Assembly (NCBI RefSeq): GCF_009914755.1
Contig: NC_060937.1
From: the human T2T-CHM13v2.0 reference genome, Homo sapiens
Reading direction: 5' to 3' (one strand)
DNA: 64,000 nucleotides
The notes beneath the pieces are model-generated. The model made no database searches. It was not told where the DNA came from and was given only the letters and a program-made list of their open reading frames with translations. Positions within the stretch are counted from its first letter, which is position 1. Each line of letters opens with the position of its first letter. Shown here piece by piece: positions 1 through 13,409 of this stretch. Made by a program: the position numbers and the translations under genes.

Positions 1-1573
1 CAGCAGTAAATCAGGAAACTAGTTTTTGCATGAACCACTTGAAACAGGCTTCAAGTCTCTGGCACAGTTTTCAAAGTAAACTTTTCTAACCAATTATTGG
101 GAGGACTTTAGTTAATGTGAAAAAATTAACTCTTGTAAACAACAACATACTTTCCTCCGCACGGGGCATACCCAGCTTCATATTTCTGAAGATGTTTACA
201 TTTTTGAAAACTGTTTTTGTCTCTATGAGGAAAGTTTTAAAAAAATTAATTTGTAAGCATAAAAAATGAGATTCATTTCTGCCATTTAATGACAGTGTTG
301 CTCACTTTATTTATGTTTAATTATAGCTGATCTAGCCTAGGGATGGTTGTAAGATATTAACGAGCCCTTGCTTGTCAGTTTTCTCTAAAAAACTCAAGCA
401 CAGCCTTTTAGAAACTGAAAGTTGAGGGGAAATATCTCTTCAATGTTGTTTCATTAAAGGAAGTTAAAAGTTGATTTCTAAGCACCAGCAACATAAATCT
501 AATTTGTCATTTGCATTTGCATGCCCTAGATTCTCCCTTCAAATAACTTCTCCATCCACATTTAAAATTTAACATTTAACTTTGAAAGTTCAAAGGACTG
601 CAGTTAATAACGCACTGGCTGTACAAATAAATAGTGCTTTCAACCCAAGGCCCAGAATGTGTTTCCTGGACAACAAGGGTCTGTGAGTTTTCCCCTGTGG
701 TCTGAAGAGCTGCTCCTCCAACCTGTAGGTAGGACCCGCTTATGTTTTTGTTAAAGGCTGGATTTGCAGAAGGAGAAAAGAGAGAAGGGGATTTGGGGAC
801 TGTTTACTTTGAGTCATTTTGCTACTGGAAAACCACCAAATGTGGCTTAAAAATATTGGGCAGAGTGACAGAGCTACAGCTTGGGTGGAAGTAGCCCAGC
901 TGAACCCAGCCCTCTGCTCCCTTGGGACCAAGATAAGGAAAGCTGCTGACCCCACTCCACCCAGACATCCCCAGCCCAGCCCACCCTGCCTGCCATCCTG
1001 CAGCCCAGGAGGACTATATGGCCTCACCACATGGGAGCCCTTGCTGGGGCCGTTACAAGCTATTGCTCCCTAGGATTTTTTTAAAGTATTTAGGAAATAC
1101 TACCTTAAACAATATTTGTTCATCCGTTTGTTTATCAGCAGGCATTTATTTATTATTCACCGGCCTGTTAGATACCAGGCTTTTGGGAAGGAGAGGTGGA
1201 GGGAGGCATTGGATACCATGGGTTGTTCACTTCTCATATGATTTTAGGAAGTAAGTAGGGGCCCTATAATAATGCCTTTTTTTGCATTATTATTTTATCT
1301 ATGCATATATTTTCCCATCTTAAAGTTTATTGATAAAAAATGTCTTCTCAAGGATTCGGGGAAGTACTGCGTACTTCCTTCAAGCTTTTAAGGTACCAGG
1401 TCATAATTTCAAGAATACAGACTACGGGGTATTTTAAAACAGAAATGCATTTCTACCATTGATATTAATGGCGGACCATGCTCCATAAACATAATCACAT
1501 ATCCCTTATCCTGAAGCCCAGGCTAAAGATGGACATACTCTGCCTATACCCTCCTTGCCCTCCCCTCACCAGA

Positions 1574-1616
1574 CACACACACACATGTGCACACACACAC
1601 ACACACACACACACAC
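1574..1616. repeat. (CA)n microsatellite, interrupted
   Basis: Visible CA run with a tgtg interruption. Confidence 0.95.
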
Positions 1617-1665
1617 TCCTTCTCTTGCCATGATGGGAGGGACAACTCTAGTGCAACTTGGAAAG

Positions 1666-2079
1666 TGTCAAAGAAAACCCAGAACTGGACAGTGGAACAG
1701 CAGATTTTACTCAGGACTGTTGCAGTAGAGGAAATGAAAGCTCAGTGTAGAACTGGGCTCCACTCCAAATACAGCACAGGCAAGTGGGGATATATAGCCA
1801 AGGAGCAGGCTGGGTTTGGTGGATGGAAAATCATGAAGAGGAACCGTCAGAGGTGAGGGAGATTCTGGCTAAAATGACCTCACAGGATTCTTGCTGAAGA
1901 CAGGCCAGGGTGACCAGGCATCACCTGGGAGATGGTGAGGGTTGAGGAACCTGAGAAGATACTGAGCATGGCCAGATTTAGCCAGGTTTTTGGGAAACTG
2001 GGCTCTTGAGGACAGGGCCCAACAGAGAGTGGCTCCTAAGAACCTATCTAGAGTTTGGTCAAGGAGAGAGTCCTTGTCA
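1666..2079 (-). mobile_element. ERV1 solo LTR, MER31-like
   Basis: TG...CA ends (tgtcaaag...ccttgtca); the minus-strand start TGACAAGGACTCTCTCCTTGACCAAACT resembles MER31; 4-bp TSD AAAG on both sides. Confidence 0.75.
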
Positions 2080-3714
2080 AAAGGCTAAACTCAAACATAG
2101 CTCATTTCATTATTTATTTGCTTACTTGTCTGCCTGCAGCAGGAAATAATATACCTAGGGAAATTACTTCTTTCTATCCCTATGGGGGAAAAAACAAAAA
2201 AGATTTGATACTATTTTCATTTGCTGCATGGTTAGGTCATCTGATCAATACAAATGCAGTGGGCCAAACCTAAATGGATACCCTCTCTGTGCCAGGACTT
2301 GGGGTGCAGTGGTGAGTAAGAACAGCTCCAGCTCTATCCATGCAAGGGAATACTCTCTATTTGCTGATATGGAGCACTGTCCAAGATGTATGGCATGGGA
2401 AAACAAATCTAGTTGCAGAACAGTGTTAAATACATGCACTCACGCTAGGAGGATATTTTTGGCAGGTCACCCCAATACCTGTGTTGGGGGAGTGGGAAGT
2501 TAAGGAGCAGGGATGGGAAGAAAGGTGTACTGTTTGATTATTTTTGTTAAATCTCATGTGTGTAATAGTTTTTCAGTATACGAATGATAAAAAGAAAAGA
2601 AATGATCTCGGCCAGGGTGGTGACACAAGTTTGTGAAGGCAGTGTCAATCTGTGCTAACCAATGTCACCATGGGTTGGAGGCTGTCGAGCTTCCCTTTCA
2701 GCTGTTTTCCCTCTTTCTTTTGTTCTTGGTAATTATTTATTGAACTTAATGGGGAAGATTTCAAGGCATTTTAACCACCCAGCTTTACTGAATGAAATGA
2801 AAACATCAAAGCAGACATTTATATTGGGGGTAATTTAGTATTTATATGTAGTTTACTTTATAGCCTGGATTATGAGTAATTACAGAGTCTGTGTTTAAGG
2901 TGCATTAGAAATATGACAGTCAACTCAAAAAGCAGTTGCTGTCATGGACACCATACTGTAATTTAATTTCTTGGAATCACCTTCTTTGAATTTCTAGTTA
3001 TTTCATGGTTTCTAGTTAATTCAATGTGTAGAATGGTCACTTCATCAATTTCTTAGACTTTTATGAACTGCAGGCTATTTTTTAATAGTTTCAAATTAAT
3101 ATTAGGCTTTAAAAATATTACATTTTTGAAAATAGTAAATACTTTAGAGAAAATCTATTTTAAGTAAAATTTCCCAAATAAACAGTCTTTATGAAAGTTC
3201 CCATGAGTATTTGGGATATGATCAATGAATTTTATTATTTTGCCAAAAAATAACCACAAAGACCTCCACCACATTAAGTTGTATGTTCATTTTCAAAAGA
3301 GTTGTGACACTCAAAACTTTTAGTCCATTGGATTACTTGTACAGTTTCTCAGTGGAGGGAGGAGGTGACTTGGAGACAGTCAGCAGGACAGGGAGCCACA
3401 GTTGAATGACTGACTGGCAGGAACGCAGGGCTCTTATAGCACGGTGCAGCAGTTGACTCAGATAGGGTTGAATTAGAGTTTGTGTTCCACTAAACTTGTT
3501 TTAATTAAGAAAATTATGATTTCTTTTTGAAAGATTCTTAGTCAATAAAAATGTCTTAGATGGAAATTGGGGTCTGATGATCCCCTTATTTCCAGGGAAG
3601 CTTTATGATTCTTGAATCAGCAAAGTTGGTTTATTTATTGGATTGTAGAAAATCCAAAATCCTAACACTTATAGGTATAATTTGTTTAGGAAATGTGCAC
3701 TCCGTGCTTGATTT

Positions 3715-3880
3715 AGAGTTGAGCACTTTATATGCATTCCCATTTATTCCTCACACAACCTTTAGGGCAGGTATTCTTATCCCCATCTCACAGATGAAGA
3801 GACTGAGGATCGGAGAATTCCCAAAATAACTTGGCCAACAAGTGGCAGAGCTGGCATTCAAACTCATGTCTCTTTAGATC
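3715..3880 (-). mobile_element. MIR fragment
   Basis: Core-like attcctcacacaacc...cccatctcacagatgaagagactgagg. Confidence 0.65.
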
Positions 3881-5208
3881 CAATGTAGGAAAATACATAC
3901 TTTTCTCCTATGTTGACCTGGCTTGAAACAGAATTTCCAAGGACATTTATTTCCAGTTAATGCACCTCTTTCTCTGCATTCTCCTTTCTCTTTCCCTTGT
4001 ACTTCTCCTCCTTCTTCTTTTCCTTTGTTGTGTTTTAACTCGTACATGAGACTCTTACAACCTCAAGCTGCCTGGATCAAAGTGTGATTTTGAAATACTC
4101 TGCTCTTTCCTGAACCTTTGCTGTGGAGAACCCTAGCTTGGGAACAAGGTGGAGACCACCCCCAGAAGGTCACGTGCACCTGTGCCTTGATCCCAAGGGA
4201 CTTTGGGAGTGGGAGGCTCTCTCCTATACTTCAGAAAGCCTGTGCCTGCACACAGCTCTCCCAGCAACCAAAGTGCTCAGCAAAAACACAGCTGTCCCAG
4301 CCCAGAGCCAGAGTCACAATGATCACCCCGCAAAGACCCAGCACATGTCCAGAGAAATTCTCCTCGAATATGCATCTTTATTGTTTTCCTATTACAAGAG
4401 TAATGGATGCTTTTTGCAAAAATTACATTTTGCAGAACTGTAAAACTTGAGACCACCCCGTAATTCTAATCTTCCCCTCCTCTGAAAGAGATAATCCCTG
4501 TTAACAATTTTAAAGAAATTCTAACTTGTTAATCAGTTCTTTAAATCAAGTGTTGTTTGTCTCCCCCCTCCTCTCTGTGCCTCTGATATAGAACATTGTG
4601 TGGCTGGAGCTCTCAGGAGTGAGGAGGAGGCTGACCTTCCACCCTTTTCTCCTCACTTCTTTGTTGTGCACACTCCCGATGTACGTTTGAAAGACAGGCA
4701 GAGTAATTGAAAGGAGGAAAGAAAGTATCACTCACCCAAAATGTGAATGAGTTAATTAGTAAAAATCTAGATGGAAGTGATTCCTCCGAATCCTTTGTTG
4801 AGTAGTTTATTAAGTACAGGCAGCACTATCCTTCAAGTTGGTTTTCATTTAATTTTTGGCCAATAAGTACTGCTTAGTTGATTTCGTATACAAATATGGA
4901 TGAAGAAATTAAAATATGTAAATTTTACAGAAAAAATGGGAATGTTGAACTAGGTGGGACTTGCATTTTAGCATCCAGGGTTTACAAATGAGGAAACTGA
5001 GGTTTCTTGCAAGCCTTTCTTCCTCTGCAGCATCCAGTCTGCATTTGTGGGCATGCCCAGCCTGCTGCCTGCATGGGTGCCCTTCTTGCTCTTAAGCCAC
5101 TGTCTGTTTTTTGTTAATGATGAGTGTTCTATAGAAACCATCACAAAGACCGACAACAGGTGTTACCAACAGTGTGTAGTCCTTCAGCCGCTTCCTGTGG
5201 ATAAGTAA

Positions 5209-5234
5209 TACATATATATATATATATATATATA
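5209..5234. repeat. (TA)n microsatellite
   Basis: Visible TA run. Confidence 0.9.
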
Positions 5235-5249
5235 GTACCTGGCAGGCCC

Positions 5250-5480
5250 TGTAGTGTAGTGGTTATGAAGCCTGACTCTGGAATTAGACGATGTAGGTTG
5301 AAATCCTGGTTCTAACACTACTTCTGTCACCTAGCCCAAGGTACATAACTTCTCTGACGCTCTATCCCCCAATCTATGAAATGGGAAAAATGGCAGTGCT
5401 GCCCTGATTGGGAAGGAGTATGGATTATTGAGATAATGGTGTAAAGTTCTTGGTCTAGAGTAAGCACCCATAAATGTTGG
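5250..5480 (+). mobile_element. MIR fragment
   Basis: gtagtgtagtggtta...aacttctctga...tatgaaatggg...taagcacccataaatgtt. Confidence 0.65.
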
Positions 5481-6331
5481 TACTTACATGAATGTTTTTG
5501 TAAACAATGGAATCATACTTCTAATTCTGTATTAAAACTTATTTTTAAAATTGTCGTGAACACAGATCACATCTACATTCTTCTTTTTATAGTTGCATTA
5601 TAATTATGTTACATGATATGCTATAGTTTACTGAGTTCTTGAACTTGTGGAAATGATTGTATGTGGGTCAGAGAGCCATTTGTTTTGCCCACTCTTGGAA
5701 AACAGTGTGTTCTGATGTTCAAATCTAGAGAAGCTTGAGACCTTTAGTACCACAGAATTTGTCTCAACAGGAAGTTAACATCCTTTTAACAAATATGTAA
5801 GACTCTTTCTACTCTCAGGAAATACTAAATTGCTAACTATTTCAAGGAGCTCTCCATTTGGATTGATTTCTAGGCTTGTCCGCTAATGAAATTTCTTATG
5901 CACTTATCCTCATTTTTGAAAATAACACCCCTGATATCAAAGTACTGATTTTCTGCCTTAGAAGTGAGTGTGTGAATGTTTCCCTGGCGTTAGCTTCTGA
6001 GCATGCACATGACTGGCTTAATTAGAGGAGAAGAAGTGCCATAATTCTGCCATCCACTGATAGTAACGCAGCAGTGGGAGCCTGAGAGACCCTTGATTAT
6101 TCTCATGCTCACGGCTTCTTGAATAAAGTGGATGACTAAGTGGACTTACCATAGTAAGAGAGATCATTAGCAGTGGAAGACACATTTGAACTTGCTGAAA
6201 GAGCTGCCTTTGTGTCTAGGAAGGCCGACACTTGGTAATTATTAGACCAGGTCTTCGTTTCATCCTAGCGGTCTTTCCTTTTCACGCTTGCAAAGTCTGA
6301 ATAGCTTTCTGTTACCCGTTAATCCCCACAG

Positions 6332-6510
6332 GAATGTGGCTTCGGCTATGGGGAGGATGCACAGTGTGTGACGTGCCGGCTGCACAGGTTCAAGGAGGAC
6401 TGGGGCTTCCAGAAATGCAAGCCCTGTCTGGACTGCGCAGTGGTGAACCGCTTTCAGAAGGCAAATTGTTCAGCCACCAGTGATGCCATCTGCGGGGACT
6501 GCTTGCCAGG
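6332..6510 (+). CDS. TNFRSF19: TNFRSF19 coding exon, cysteine-rich domain (ECGFGYGEDAQCVTCRLHRFKEDWGFQKCKPCLDCAVVNRFQKANCSATSDAICGDCLPG)
   Basis: Acceptor ccccacag|GAA and donor CCAGG|gtgagt; 179 nt, phase 0 to 2. Translation has TNFR CRD cysteine spacing and matches the TROY sequence as I recall it. Confidence 0.97.
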
Positions 6511-6944
6511 GTGAGTTGGCCAGTTTCTTTCACTTGTAATTATTTAATTAAGTAACTTTTAAAAAGGCAATTCCCTTGTTCCATTCTAAACTGGAATGCA
6601 TGCTGGTATTAACCTGAAGATGCTGGTGGAGTATTTGTGACTTCTTTCAGTATTAACCACTGGATTATCTGTGGTACCGTGTGCCATGCATGCAGCAGAC
6701 ACTGGCTATAAAGAAAATGAATAGGCATGCTAACAAAGGATTTCTGTTATGAAAATCTAAGGAGTTCCTACAAATCAGTAAAAAAGAAAACTTGGACAAA
6801 TGGACACAAAAATGAACAAGCAACCCACAAAAGAGGTGACCCATGTGACTGGCAATCCTCTGACAATGTTCACCCTCATTAGCATCAGAGGAGGGCAGGT
6901 TACACCATTCAGCCATTCAGCAGAGACGTGCCCAACCACCTTAG

Positions 6945-7342
<398 letters not shown>

Positions 7343-8559
7343 TTCTTATAGGGTTTTAAAAAATATTTAAATAGTAAATAATAAAGAAGCAAATTATGCA
7401 GAAAGATAGAAGATGATAACTGCTATGGAAGAAACCCTAAGGCAGACAAGGGCGATTGGGCATGGCCACAGTGAGGGGCAGGACAGTGACAGCGTAAATT
7501 GGGTTGTCAGGATAGGCTTTATTGCAAAGGTGAGATCTGAGCAAAGGCTTGAAGGAGACGAGGCACGGAGCCAAGCAGAGAGGTGGGGAAGAGCACCGCA
7601 GACAGAAGGAACCTCCAGCAAGAGGTTCTCAGGTGGGCATCTACCTGGTGTGGGTAAAAAACTGCCAGGAGGCCAAGGGAGTGGCAGAGAGAGGGAGGCG
7701 TGCAGTACACCAAGTTACAGAGAGCAGAGGAAGGGGTGGGCAGGTGCGAACGCAGAAGCCTTAAATAGACTTGTCAATAAGGCAGCCAGGTCCAGGGAAA
7801 GGAGAGGGACCACACCTGGGCCAGGGGGAGCACCAGGGAGGAGGAAGTTAAATTCCTGACTGCTTCTAAGTAACTGTGGGATGGATTAATACAGACAGCT
7901 GGAGGAGAGAGTCTGGATGAAGAGCCAGGGTGACAAGGGGGGTGATCTGTAAGGCAGGGAGAAGCCATTGCTACACCAAGTATGCAGAGAATGGGATGAA
8001 GCAGAATATCCTTAGAGCTTAATGGAGATAGAGTGGAGCCAAGAGTTACTGACCAAAGACAGAAGAGAGAGGAAGCAGAAACCCTGGAGCATCAGAAACC
8101 AGTCTGTATTGCAAAAGTAAGAAACAACCAGAAACTGCATTGCAGGGGCAGCAAACATTTATTACTTGCAATGTACCAGGCACCTGGCCAAGTACTTCTC
8201 ATGAATTATTTTCTATACTTTTCACAATGTTTTAAGAAGGAAGAAACTGAGACTTATTAAGGATTAAGTTTATTCAGGCAAGATCACCTAACCTGTGTGT
8301 GGTGAGTCTGGGAGTCACATCATGGGAGTCTAACATCAGAATTCATGCTCCGAGGCACTACAGACAAAAGACTCTAACTGGATCGACCACAAGATCAGAG
8401 TGGTTTTGACCAGATGTCCCGGGGGTGGGGTCTTGTTGAGGCCAGAGAGGAGATAAAGCTCTGGGCCTGAAGGGTGGAAACAGAGTAGAAAATAGACTAG
8501 TGGGTCCCACGTGGTCATATACAGAGACCCAGCACCTAGGGAGCTGTAAGATGTAGTGG

Positions 8560-10036
8560 GCTAACACCAAAATACAAGCAGCAAAAGAAAAAATAGCTCT
8601 GTTGGACTTTATCAAAATTTTAAACTTTGTACTTCAAAGGAAATCCTTTGAAGTACAAAACACAACCACACAACCCACAAAATAGGAGAAAATACTGGCA
8701 AATCATATGTCTGGTAAGGAACTATCTTAAGTAGAATATGTCCTCACATATTCTTACAACTCAATAATAAAAAGACAAATAATTCAATTAAAATACAATG
8801 AAGGATTTGAATAGACATTTCTCCAAAGAAATATACAAATGTCCAATAAGCACATGAAAAGTTGCCCAACATCATTAACAATCAGGGAAATGCAAATCAA
8901 ACCCACATTCTTCAACCCCACTAAGATAGCTATAGCCAACAAAAACCAGACGGTAACGGTGATGACATGGAGAGATTGGAATGTTGGTGATGACGTGGAG
9001 AGATTGAAACCCTCATACACTGTTGGTGGGAACGGCAAAGGGTACAGCCAGGTTGGAAAACAGTTTAGAGTTCCTTCAGAAAGTTAGACATAGAGTTACC
9101 ACGTGACCTGACAGTTTGACTCTTAGGTATATAACCAAGAGAACTGAAAACACGTCCACACAAAAACTTGTACACTAGTGTTCGTAGCAGCAGTTTACGT
9201 AATAGCCAAAAAACTGAAACAACCAAGCTCTGGTTTGAATGTGTCCCCTCCAAAATTCAGTTGTTGCCAGTGCGATTATATTAAGAGGTGGGGCCTTTAC
9301 GAGGTAATTAGGTCATGATGGGCCCTCCCCTCACAAATATGCCCTGATAAAGGGGCTTGACAGAGGGAATTTGTTCCTTTTTTATTTGCCTTCCACCTTC
9401 TGCCACGTAAGGACACAGCATTTCTTCCCTCTGAAGAGTGCAGCAGAAAGGCCCTCACCAGACGCCAGATACTGGCATCTTGATCTTGGACTTCCCAGCC
9501 TTCAGAACTATGAGAAATAAATTTCTGTTATTTATAAATTACCCAGTCTGTGATATTCTATTACAGCAGCACAAAACCGACTAAGACAAACCCAAGTGTC
9601 TATCAACTGATAAATGGAAAAACCAAATGGGATATATTCAAACAATGAAATATTATTCATCAGTAAAAAGGAAGGAAATGCTGACATGCTATGAGATGGA
9701 TGAGCCTAGAAAACATTATGCCAAGTGAAATAAGCCAGTCACCAATGATGGCATATTACATGATTCTATTGAAATGTCCAGAATGGGCAAATCTACAGGG
9801 ACAGAAAGGAAATTAGTGTTGCCTAAGGGCTGGGGTTGGGGAGAGTTGGGAATGGGAGGTGACTGATAAGGTTATGAGGCTTCTTTGGGGGATGATGAAA
9901 ATGTCCTAAAATTGATTGTGGTGATGGTTGTACAACTCTGTGAATGTATGGAAAACCATCCAATTGTACACTTTAAATGGGTGAATTGTGTGGTATATAA
10001 AGTATAAGTCAATAAATCTGTGCCTTAAAAAAAAAA
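8560..10036 (+). mobile_element. L1M (L1MB-like) 3' fragment with poly(A), interrupted by a MaLR LTR
   Basis: Degenerate ORF2 end (HMKSCPTSLTIREMQIK), L1M 3' UTR motifs, aataaa and A tail at about 10027-10036. Confidence 0.85.
9226..9588 (+). mobile_element. MaLR solo LTR (MST family) nested in the L1
   Basis: tggtttgaatgtgtcccc start and aataaatttctg...taaattacccagtct...gactaagaca end. Confidence 0.85.
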
Positions 10037-12165
10037 GGAACGGTCTATAATCTCAGACCTGTGATGATATCTATGGATAGCATTACTCAGAGTTTTGATC
10101 TTGTGCAAATCTAATTGAGGACATGAACGGAACATCTCACACACCTCTGTTGTTCGTGTTCTCCAGTTCCCTGATAAAAGCCTGTCTGTGCGTGTCTACT
10201 CTCTACATCTGGAGGTAGAGAAATGAGGAGGTCTACAGGGGATGTACAGGCTGAGATAGGCAGTGCCCAGGGAGGGTGGGGAAAGGCCTGACCTAGGACT
10301 GGGATTTTATAGAGCCCATGCAGGGCTGTGCTGCCGGAGTAGGGGAGCAGGTCTGCCCGGGACTCCACCGTGCCTGGTTCCTCCTGCTTCCCCGTGGTCC
10401 TTGTCATTTGAGCCCACTGCTCTAGTTTCTACAGTGTTTGTTTATTCTTTAGGTAAATACTTAGCTATAGGAAAGTTATAAGTGAATAGACAGTTGAGTG
10501 ATGTTTCACAATTTATTTATATGATTACTTTAAAATCCCATTTTTTTCTAAGTCAGCATTAGTATATGAGGCAGGCGTAATTACATAGTGACTTTTACCC
10601 AGGTCTTTTCAAAGTGTTTTCAAAGTACTCTTCCAGTTTAACTGTACTTCTGTGAAGAAACCAAATAGTTGGAACCCATTTTATAAACAGAAAAACTGAG
10701 GCAGAAAGACGTGAGCAAAATGCATATTGCTCCCCAAAAAGCAATGCAGAAGTCAGGCAAAAGGCAGGCATTGCTCTTTTTGGTGCCACTCTGCCTCCTG
10801 CGGCCTCATTCTCTAGCAAGAACCTGCTGCTGTCCATAGGCCGAGGTCCCCCAGGACACCAGCTGCTTCCCTCTCAGTAGCAGGTAGGGTGTGGAAATCA
10901 TCTGTCCTCCGTGCCCACAATTTGAGTCATTCGAGAGAGCCAGTCCCCTTATTCCCACATCTGCTCTGTGACTTTAGACAAGTCATTTAACTTCTCTGAA
11001 ATGCACTCTTCTCACCTGTAAAATGACCATGCTGTAAGAATCCACCCTGCAGAATTGTTAGAAGGATTAGAAATAGAAGGCATGTAAAGTGCCTAGCAGA
11101 GTGCCTAAGCCATAGGAAGTCCTAATGGAATATTGGACATTATTGCCAATTGATGATTTTGGGGGCCAGTGAAAACTTGGCATGACTTTTTCAGAGTGTG
11201 GCCAACAGGCCTCCAAGCTCCTCTGCTGGCAGCCGGTTCCTGAGTCCTTCCTGGCTCAGGGGAACTGGAACCCGCCCTGAAGAGTAGGCTGGCCCCTGCC
11301 AGCTCTTTGCTTCTTCTGGTGACAATGACAACTAACATTGAGCACTTACTATCATCCGAACCACTCTGTAAAGTAGGGATTCCTACCACCCCCTCTTAAC
11401 AAAGAGGGAAACTGGTTCTCAGAGTGGATAAATGACTTCCCAGAATCACCCAGCTTGTAAATGAAAGGACTGGAATTCACCTTGCAGCTCCTCTGCCCCA
11501 TGCTTAGGTGCATGTCTGATATCACTGGGAGGTCACCGCTGGGGCTTCCGTGATTGATTGATGGGAATCACAGGGACTGCCTCCGTCCGTGTGTGCTGTG
11601 TGCCCACTTCACCCTCACCCTACCCTCAGCAGACCCCTTGCTCCTGGAAGCTGCCTGAGTTGCCTGGGTTTTCGCATCCCTTTGCCTCAGCTCTCTGGTC
11701 TGTGCTCAGGGTGTTCCCTAGTAACCATGACACTGTTTAGGAGACCTAGACTCTTACTCTAATGATTAATCTTGTCATTAGCATTTGTTCACCTTCAGAT
11801 AAGGGGCTATTGCTGTGGATTGCTGAGGAACACAAACAGCAGGCTGACTAACCACCAAGGTGCTAGCAAGAGCCCAGGACAGAGCAACGCTGTCATCCAG
11901 TGTCTCACAGACACTTCAGAAAATCCCATCCTGACTTGACTGTGACTCACAGGGCATAGTAACTGCCCTCAACCTTGTGTTAAGTGAGGTCATTGTAAAA
12001 CCGGAGCTGTTCTATGGCATGCCATCTCCTTGCAGAAATGCACTCACTGATTGAAGAATTAGCAGTCTACAGCCAGATTTTTTTAAAATAGCAGTTTTCA
12101 AACACTGTGTTCATTAGGCTAACCAGTGCTATTTGGATTCAGTTCAGTTAAAAATTCCTCTTCAT

Positions 12166-12430
12166 TGGGAGGCTGAGGCAGGTGGATCGCTTGAGCTCAA
12201 GAGTGTGACATCAGCCTGGGCAACATGGCGAAACCCTATCTCTAAAAAAAAAAAAAATACAAAAATTAGCTGGGCATGGTGATACACACCTGTAGTCCCA
12301 GCTACTTGGGAGGCTAAGATGGGAGGATGGCTTGAGCCCAGGAGGCAGAGGCTGAGGCAGAGCCAAGATCGCACCACTGCACTCCAGCCTGGGTGACAGA
12401 GCGAGACTGTCTCAAAACAAACAAAAAAGA
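12166..12430 (+). mobile_element. AluJ-like element, 5'-truncated
   Basis: gggaggctgaggcaggtggatcgcttgagctca...gagactgtctcaaaac. Confidence 0.9.
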
Positions 12431-12587
12431 ATGAAGAAGCAAGCAGACCAGATACTGTTGATAGCTGCTCTCAGAGCTAGGTCTGAGCATCACCTCTTCA
12501 TGCGTAGTAGTCACACGGGAGCCCCACTCACCCTCCTTTCTAAATAGCATTTCTTATTATTTCTAGTTAGTATTTAATGGTCATTCA

Positions 12588-12917
<330 letters not shown>

Positions 12918-13409
12918 AATGGTCATTCAAAACATGACAACCTTCTAGCCTCATTTGTCTCATGGTCCTCAAACTTTTAAAAAAAATTTTGGCAAATATA
13001 TTCTCTTCGATTGTCAGGGAAGGCTCAGACCTCTAAACTGTTTTGTCACAATTAGAATTCTTTATTTTTAAAATGTTAAGTAGTGTCTATGCTTGATCAT
13101 CAATACCTCCCATTTTCCTAACTTTTTAAGTGTTAAAAGATGGATTTCTGTATCCCCAATATTTATTCTTGAGAATGTTGGATATTACATTTTTTAACTT
13201 TTTTTGCTTTTTACATGAAGTGAGTTTTTATGTATAAAACACTATTTTGTGCTTTCTTGATATTTAATTCAATGAACTTCTATTGGGCAAGTTTTCGGGG
13301 TGAAAAGATAAAAAGTATTAGTCTGGATGTGTTACAATGTTTAGCAAGACTTCTTAAAGAAGAAAGCTCCTTTATATTGTCTTGTGATTTTTTAAAAAAA
13401 TTGTATATG

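Noticed and set aside
7413-7859. 148-aa ORF on + strand
   Set aside because: Purine-rich sequence resembling decayed L2, with no recognisable domain and no splice link to the gene.
9827-9860. G-quadruplex-like GGG runs
   Set aside because: Part of the ordinary G-rich L1 3' UTR; not locus-specific.
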